DNA of 63,529 nt, filler included. It is 10 parts of 10 records of this genome, joined end to end, with 100 filler letters (N's around TTAATTAATTAA, not from the genome) between each part and the next. Parts side by side here need not be neighbours in the genome. Positions count along the whole stretch, not along the records: positions 56,622 to 63,529 come from SRR31147125_105345; 9 more parts are not named here. The stretch is one strand, 5' to 3'. Every line of letters starts with the position of its first letter. Within the stretch, counting starts at the first letter, position 1. This document shows, piece by piece, positions 57,120 through 63,529 of the stretch. A program made the position numbers and the translations under genes. The notes below the pieces were generated by a model, which ran no database searches, had not been told where the DNA came from, and saw only the letters and a program-made list of their open reading frames with translations.

Positions 57120-58543
57120 TCAGGACAACTTCGAAAATACAGCCCTCAAGCCACCATAGGACTCTTTGTAGGCCGAAAAAAGATCCCCGTAGAGATTTCT
57201 GTTTTCAACATCCGGAGAAAATATTTCTTTGATACAGACCGTTTTTTCAGCCGCCTCCGCAAGATCTGTAAAATCCCCCAGGCTGTGAAGACCAGAAATC
57301 AGATTTCCCGTCAGTTCAGGGTCAGGGGATTCGGTGACAAGGATGCGTCGTCCGGTGATATCGGCCTTCATCCGATTCCAGAGGTCGTTCCGTGCCGGTC
57401 CCCCGGTGATACGAAGGTCCTCAACCGGACACCCCGTCTCTTCCATGGTTTCAATAACATGGCGGATGGCAAATCCTGTCGATTCCATGACCGCACGGAT
57501 CATATGAGAGGCCCCGTGGTTCAGGCCGAGGCCGATGAAAGCCCCCGGGCCTTCGGCTCCCAGAGAGGAGCCCTTTCGCCTGCGAGATAGGGTAAAAAAA
57601 GAAGATTATCCGCCCCCGGAGAACAATCTTCAACCATTTGACGATCCGCTTTCAGGACTGATTCCGCCCATTCCAGGGCCCTTCCGGAGGCAGAGATGAT
57701 TCCCGAAAGATTCCGGTAAGGCTTTATCACATGACCGTAGGACATCAGCCTGGTGTCGTTTATTGATTTTTCGGTACAGAGATTGATGCCCTCGGAGGTT
57801 CCCGCTCTGTCACAGGCGCGCCCCGGGCGGACAGAAGCGGTTCCCAGGATGGAGGGAATGAAATCCGGCCCGGCGGCGATCACAGGGGTATTTTCCGGGA
57901 GGCAAAACGCCACAGCCGCCTCTTTCTGCACCCTGCCTGCTATAGTTCCCGGCGGTTCAAAAGCGGGAAATTTCTCCTGCTCAAGGTTAAGAGCGGTTAG
58001 CAGATCCGGAGTCCAGAAGTATTTTTCAAAATCCTCCCCCGGGAGAACCGTCAGAACCTCGCCTGTCAGCCGGTATATAACATATTCAGGACAGGAAAGA
58101 AAATGTTCTGTTTTTTCATAGACCTCGGGAGCATTATCCTGAAGCCAGAGGGCTTTCGGCAGATAGAACGTCGGATCAAGATAGAATCCAGTCATCCCGG
58201 TTATCCGTTTTGACTGTTCCGTTCCCCGGCGATCCAGCCAGTTCATCACAGGATGAAGAACCTCTCCTTTCCTGTCCACGGGCACCAGGGTTGGACCGTT
58301 TCCACTGATGACAACAGCCCGGATTTTATCGGACCGACCGGCTTTATGCTCCCCTTCCCGGATCAGTCCGGGAATCATTTTTTTTATATCCCGTACCCAG
58401 CTCTCGGGATCAGCTTCCGTCGGACCGAACGCTCTTCCCTCGGGTAAAGAAATCTTGAGCGTGTGCCGGGAGAGAAACTCTCCGTCTTCACGAATGAGAG
58501 CGCCTTTCAGGGAGGTTGTTCCGATATCAAAAGTTAAAATCAT
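57120..58543 (-). CDS. FGGY-family carbohydrate kinase (xylulokinase-like; frameshift near 57545)
   Basis: DIGTTSLK, WLDRR, AGTS, FLPYLAGERAP, RAVMES, ITGG, KADITG. Confidence 0.9.
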
Positions 58544-59439
58544 TTTTTCTTCCTCCGGAGAGCGGAAGCTAATACCATGGCTGTAACGGTTATCAGAAAA
58601 GGGAATGCCAGTAGAAAATCGGCTGGAATCGAAATGAAGCCCTGGGCGTAATTGGAAAGGCTTTCGGCCAGACCGAAAATAAAAGAGGCCGCAAGGATGC
58701 CCAGAGGGGTTTTATTCCCCAGATAGATAACTACCAGGGCAATCCATCCTCTTCCGGCAGTAATATTGGGCGTGTAGGCTCCCAGATCCAGGGTGAGCAT
58801 GGCGCCTGCTATCCCGCAGGTTATTCCTGAAATGATAATCGCCGCCAGCTGATACCGCCTGGGCTTCATCCCGATGGTTTTCATCGCCCGGGCATTGGAA
58901 CCGCAGCCCCTCAGACGAAACCCGAAGGCCGTATGATAAATAATGAAATAAAAGAGGACCACCAGTAAAAAAGAGAAATAGACGAAGAAGTTGTGCCCCG
59001 CAAGAAGATCCCCCAGGACAGGCACCCGCTTGAATCCACCCATCCCCAGAACCTGAAGCTCCGGCAGTTCGTTGAACAGAAGGACCCCCTTCGTCCCAAA
59101 AGCATGGAAGGATATGATTGTAATCAGCCCCGGAACCAGAAGGTTAACCGCCAGGCCGGTGATAAAAACATCGGACTTCAGGTAGAGGGTGACCGCACCG
59201 AAAAGAGACGCCATAATAACTGTGGCTCCGATCCCCAAAAGAAGCCCGCTCCAGAGACTTCCGGTGAGGGAGGCGGCAATTATGGAGAAAAAGGCTCCGG
59301 TCAGCATTAATCCTTCGAGGGCAATGTTAAGCATTCCGGCCATCTCTGTCATAAGCCCTCCCAGCCCCGCCAGGAGAAAAGGAGTCATTATGCGGACGGT
59401 ATTGTGGATCACAGGAAAGGTGAAGGAGGATTCGTTCAT
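58540..59439 (-). CDS. Nucleoside-type (CUT2) ABC permease
   Basis: AGMLNIALEG, FGFRLR, TAGRGWIAL. Confidence 0.9.
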   Translation of the reverse strand: MNESSFTFPVIHNTVRIMTPFLLAGLGGLMTEMAGMLNIALEGLMLTGAFFSIIAASLTGSLWSGLLLGIGATVIMASLFGAVTLYLKSDVFITGLAVNLLVPGLITIISFHAFGTKGVLLFNELPELQVLGMGGFKRVPVLGDLLAGHNFFVYFSFLLVVLFYFIIYHTAFGFRLRGCGSNARAMKTIGMKPRRYQLAAIIISGITCGIAGAMLTLDLGAYTPNITAGRGWIALVVIYLGNKTPLGILAASFIFGLAESLSNYAQGFISIPADFLLAFPFLITVTAMVLASALRRKKK

Positions 59440-60486
59440 CGTTTCCGCCTCCTGTAGCGTATCGCATTGTATATGAGCCGGGATGTAATAAGAAAGAAGA
59501 CAACCGACTGGACGACCGAGGCTATCTCCAGGGTGACGTCAGAGTGAATCATCGCCGATCGGGCACCCGATTCTATAAATGAGAAAAAGAGGGCCGAAGG
59601 AATGACCGCCGCCGGATTATTGGCTGCTATCAGGGCTACGGCAATACCGTTCCAGCCGATTCCCGAGGAGAACCCCTTCAAACACATATAGTGTGTCCCC
59701 AGAATAACGACCGCTCCGGCAAGTCCATGAAAAACACCGCTCAGGATCATGGGACGGACCATATATTTCCCCGTATCAATTCCCCCGTACCGGGCAAACT
59801 CCTCACTAAGACCCGACATCCGGAGTTTATAACCGTCACGGGTCCGGTAGAGATAGAAAGCCGCAAGAATTCCCGCCGCCAGGGCAAGGACAAGGCTCAG
59901 GTCAAGACTGGAAGGAGGAAAAAATTCTTGTAAAGCGGAATTGCTCCGCTATTTTCCGGGTGGTGATTAGATTTGATTCGGGATCATTGAAATAGCCTGT
60001 TATCATCGAGTCAACGATATGCAGAATGGCCCTGGAAAGGAGAAAGGAAGAGAGAAGTTCATCGGTTCCCCATTTCCGTTTGAACAGACCTGAAAGTCCG
60101 GCGATAAACCCTCCGGCAGCGGCGGCGGCCGTCAAAGCGAGAATAATCCCGGGAATCCCCGGCCACTCTGGCAATCCCAGACAAACCATCGCCGCCGTCA
60201 GCCCTCCCAGATAGACCTGCCCCTCCCCGCCAAGGTTGAACATAGAGCTCCGGAAAGCCAGAGAGACGCCAATCCCCGCCAGAATAAGGGGAACGGCATT
60301 GTTGAGCATATTCCCGAAGGCGTAGCGGTTTGTAAAAGGTCCAGTGAAAAAATATTTCAGGGTTTTCAGGGGGGCCTGGCTTAAAAAGAAAATCAGGATA
60401 AACATAATTCCGAAGGCGGCTCCCAGAACAATCAGAAGGTTGATGAGAGAGGCCAGGGTCCCGCGATCTGCTTTCAATGTATTCAT
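59436..60486 (-). CDS. Nucleoside-type ABC permease (frameshifted between about 59820 and 59925)
   Basis: FNLGGEGQ in the 5' ORF; GIGWNGIAVAL and NNP in the 3' ORF. Confidence 0.85.
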
Positions 60487-62003
60487 CCGCCCAGCCCCAG
60501 AAGGCTTGCACCCAGCATATTTTTATCAGTCTCACGGGTTTCTGCATCAAGAGCCGATTTTCCCCGGTACATGACAATCACCCGGTCTGTAATACTCAGA
60601 ATTTCCTCCAGATTTGATGAGATCAGAATAACCGCCGCACCTCCGGCTTTCATTTCAAGGATCTTCCTGTAGATAAACTCACTACTCGCCACATCAAGAC
60701 CCCAGGCCGGTTCTGAGAACAGGACCACATCCCGGGCGAAATGGAGTTCCCGTGCGAGAACAACCTTCTGGATATTCCCTCCGGAGAGAGTTCCCACAGG
60801 TGAATAAGGTTTCCCCTCAATGGCATACTCTTTTATCAGATCCTCGGCAAATTTCACGGCCTTTTTTTGACGAAGAACACCCCGGGTAGAAAAGAGGCCC
60901 CCTTTGCCGGGAACAAGAAAATTCTCAGTAATTGTGGAATCGATGCTCGCCCCCCGGCGAAGTCGATCCGCAGGAACATAGGCCAGCCCCCGATCCCTTA
61001 AATCCCTTATGGAAAACCGGGTGATATCCTCACTATCGTGGAGGATCCGCCCCGAAGTCGGCTGACGAAAACCTGAGAGAATATCCTCCAATTCACGCAA
61101 ACCATTTCCCGCCGCCCCGGTTATCCCGAGGACCTCACCGGCCGCCACGGAAAAGGAAACATTCTCAAGGAGGGGACGCTCCTGCCCCGACTGTAGAAAT
61201 GAAATATCCTCAAGCCTGAAAACCTCTCTTCCCTTTGGCGGATCACCCTTTACGGACAATTTTTCCGGTTCGTGGCCGATCATCAGCCGGGAAAGCTCCT
61301 TCTCACCCAGATCCCCGGTCTTTTTTACGGTTATATTTCTCCCCGCCCGCATAACCGTAATCCGGTCTGAAATCTTCAGGACCTCGGAAAGTTTGTGGGT
61401 TATCAGAATAATAGTCTTCCCGCCGTCGATCAGTTTTTTGAGGGTGATAAAAAGTTTATCCGATTCCTGCTGGGTAAGAACGGAAGTGGGCTCATCAAGA
61501 ACCAGGAGATCGGCCCTGTGGAAAAGGGCCCGGACGATTTCAACCTGCTGCCTCTGGCTGATGCTCAAGGATGAAACCTTCACATCCGGGCGAATGTTGA
61601 AACCGTTCTCCCTGATTATTTCGGCTGCCTCTTTTTCGGCTCTCCGATTGTCAAATCGCAGGCCCTTCCGGGGTTCATTTCCCAAGACCATATTCTGAGC
61701 CACGGTAAACTCGTTGATCAGACGGAAGTGCTGGTGGACGATCCCTATCCGGAGCTTCTCCGCATCCATAGGTGAATGAATCCGGACAGAACTTCCATTA
61801 AAGAAAATCTCTCCTTCATCGGCACGTTCTATACCGTTCAGGATCTTCATCAAAGTCGTCTTGCCTGCCCCGTTCTCTCCGACCAGAGCATGGATTTCCC
61901 CCTTTTTCAGGGAGAAATCAACATTGTCATTGGCCTGAACACCGGAGAGGGCGTAATATTTTGAGATCCCCCGCATTTCAAGATAGTGAGTCTTTTCTGG
62001 CAT
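60483..62003 (-). CDS. ABC transporter ATP-binding protein, two NBDs (NupA-like)
   Basis: GENGAGKTT, LDEPT, ITHK, LSGGNIQK. Confidence 0.93.
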   Translation of the reverse strand: MPEKTHYLEMRGISKYYALSGVQANDNVDFSLKKGEIHALVGENGAGKTTLMKILNGIERADEGEIFFNGSSVRIHSPMDAEKLRIGIVHQHFRLINEFTVAQNMVLGNEPRKGLRFDNRRAEKEAAEIIRENGFNIRPDVKVSSLSISQRQQVEIVRALFHRADLLVLDEPTSVLTQQESDKLFITLKKLIDGGKTIILITHKLSEVLKISDRITVMRAGRNITVKKTGDLGEKELSRLMIGHEPEKLSVKGDPPKGREVFRLEDISFLQSGQERPLLENVSFSVAAGEVLGITGAAGNGLRELEDILSGFRQPTSGRILHDSEDITRFSIRDLRDRGLAYVPADRLRRGASIDSTITENFLVPGKGGLFSTRGVLRQKKAVKFAEDLIKEYAIEGKPYSPVGTLSGGNIQKVVLARELHFARDVVLFSEPAWGLDVASSEFIYRKILEMKAGGAAVILISSNLEEILSITDRVIVMYRGKSALDAETRETDKNMLGASLLGLGG

Positions 62004-62010
62004 ATAGCAG

Positions 62011-63090
62011 TTAAAGTTCCGGAATCTCCAGTTTCAGCTCTCCATTGAGAATTTTTTCCACAAGAAGGTGCTGCTGTTCACGGATCTCTTCGTTGACAGT
62101 ATTCCGGTAGTCCGGATCATCCTCGATAAAGGCAACCCAACCTTCGGCGGCATTCATTTTCTGGGCTGTTCCCCATTTTATCTCACCGTTAATAGCCTCA
62201 TCGACAACCTTTTGAACCAGTTTTTCCTGCATCAGGGCCCCGCTTCCCGCAATGACCCCGGGAGCCTTGGCATAGCCGTTCTCATCCCAGAAGACAACAT
62301 ACTTGCCCCGTTCACGGCTGACATCAAATACTCCAGTGGCTGCACCTCCGCAGATGACACCTATGACATCCACACCGGCATCTATCATGGAATCCGCAAG
62401 CTCACCGGCCTTGGCAGCATCGTACCAGTTTCCCAGAACCCGGTAATCCACCTCTATTTCCGGATAGACTGATTCGGCGCCCCCTACAAACCCCGGGACC
62501 ATCATCTTGGTCAGGGCCGGATACTCCTGGGCCACAATAATACCGATTTTCTTCGCTTCATTGGCTCCGTCCATACTGCTTCCGGTTATTAAAGCTGCCA
62601 GATGCCCGAGCATCCAGGACTGTTCTACCTGATTGTAGAGGTAACTGACCATCTGTGGATTTCCTTCTATGTAGGCATCGACAAAAATAAATTTCTGGTC
62701 AGGGAATTGTTCGGAAATATCCAAACAGACATAGGGCATGGAGGGGTTGGAAGTGATCACCGCATCATATTCACCGGTGGCAACAATAGCCGTGAGCTTT
62801 TCGGCCCATTGAGCCTGATTGTAATCGAGCTCAAACACCTTCATTCGGCTGCCGGGATTCTTGTCAACCGCCATCTGAGCACCTGAGACAAGCTGTTCAT
62901 AGATGGGGCTCCCAGCCGTCACACCGGGGACGACAACAGCCAGATTGTAATCCACCCCTTTTTCCTGAGGAGCCATTGAACTGACGCTGTCGGACTCTTC
63001 TTTTTCTCCGGAGCAGCCTGCAACTCCCATGCTTAGAACAGCCGTCATGACCAGCACTGTTCTCAAAATCTTATTTTTCAGGATATTCAT
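62011..63090 (-). CDS. BMP-family substrate-binding lipoprotein
   Basis: Lipobox VAGC; FPDQKF, GNWYDAAKA, GVDVI. Confidence 0.88.
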   Translation of the reverse strand: MNILKNKILRTVLVMTAVLSMGVAGCSGEKEESDSVSSMAPQEKGVDYNLAVVVPGVTAGSPIYEQLVSGAQMAVDKNPGSRMKVFELDYNQAQWAEKLTAIVATGEYDAVITSNPSMPYVCLDISEQFPDQKFIFVDAYIEGNPQMVSYLYNQVEQSWMLGHLAALITGSSMDGANEAKKIGIIVAQEYPALTKMMVPGFVGGAESVYPEIEVDYRVLGNWYDAAKAGELADSMIDAGVDVIGVICGGAATGVFDVSRERGKYVVFWDENGYAKAPGVIAGSGALMQEKLVQKVVDEAINGEIKWGTAQKMNAAEGWVAFIEDDPDYRNTVNEEIREQQHLLVEKILNGELKLEIPEL

Positions 63091-63173
63091 ATCATCCGCC
63101 TTTTTACGAAACTTACCTTTTTAATATAACATTTTCAGAATGAGTATCAAAGCATCTGGCTTTATATAAAGTA

Positions 63174-63208
63174 AAAGAAAAGGCCGTCCGGTGAACGCGG
63201 ACGGCCTT
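63174..63208 (-). terminator. Intrinsic terminator after tpiA
   Basis: AAGGCCGTCCG-7 nt-CGGACGGCCTT with a T-rich tail on the minus strand. Confidence 0.8.
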
Positions 63209-63282
63209 ACTTGTTTCCAGCTTCCTGTAGGGAGCCTTTTCAAACAATTTGCGGGAGCCGTTATCCGGCGAACCCGTTCAAC

Positions 63283-63529
63283 CTATTTGTCAAATTCAGC
63301 AATGGGAACAAAGGTCTCTCCCTTGAGGGCGGCACCGCCGACGAGGGCGCCATCGATATTCTCCATACCCATGAGTTCGGTAGCATTGGAGGGTTTAACG
63401 GATCCGCCGTACTGGATGACCATCTCTTCTGCAACCTTATCGGAGTAAAGCCCCTTGATAACGCTTCTGGTATACTTGTGGATGTCATCGGCATCCTGTG
63501 GAGTGGCTGTTTTACCGGTTCCGATGGCC
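63283..63529 (-). CDS. tpiA: Triosephosphate isomerase, 3' fragment (not in the ORF track)
   Basis: AIGTGKTAT...IQYGGSVKP...[11 protein letters not shown]...FDK*. Confidence 0.95.
   Translation of the reverse strand, partial: AIGTGKTATPQDADDIHKYTRSVIKGLYSDKVAEEMVIQYGGSVKPSNATELMGMENIDGALVGGAALKGETFVPIAEFDK

Overview
This is not one genome. It is ten unrelated metagenomic contigs joined by 100-nt artificial spacers (N44-TTAATTAATTAA-N44), so adjacency across a spacer has no biological meaning. Many genes carry single-base indels, mostly in homopolymer runs; these look like sequencing errors, not pseudogenes. Taxonomic labels are inferred from gene content. (1) 1-5396, spirochaete-like: DUF2807 protein, carAB with tandem ARG boxes, partial tRNA-Glu. 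(2) 5497-12391, Desulfobacterota-like: HlyD, TPR protein, metY-metX-metW-cysE-cysK. (3) 12492-18466, AT-rich: sugar ABC transporter, SDR, and a class I HMG-CoA reductase-like gene followed by PPC/DUF296 and TIM-barrel isomerase genes. (4) 18567-24895: PAS regulator, class II aldolase-like gene coupled to AOR, sensor kinase. (5) 24996-32089, spirochaete-like: HTH-EIIA, HAD, M48, TauE, FprA, MYG1, with several apparently leaderless genes. (6) 32190-39834, a compact intron-rich EUKARYOTE: TIGR01589-domain gene, 12-exon class I HDAC, 7-exon squalene-tetrahymanol cyclase, plant-type RS splicing factor. (7) 39935-45112: GAF-PAS-GGDEF-EAL protein, transglutaminase, circularly permuted ATP-grasp/alpha-E fusion. 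(8) 45213-50666: dcw cluster mraZ-murF. (9) 50767-56521: LacI, GPH symporter and GH149 beta-1,3-glucan phosphorylase with two LacI operators. (10) 56622-63529: BMP ABC transporter and FGGY kinase between tpiA and secG. The most notable items are the oxygen-independent sterol-surrogate enzyme in an unidentified eukaryote and the HMGR-like gene in a catabolic-looking context.
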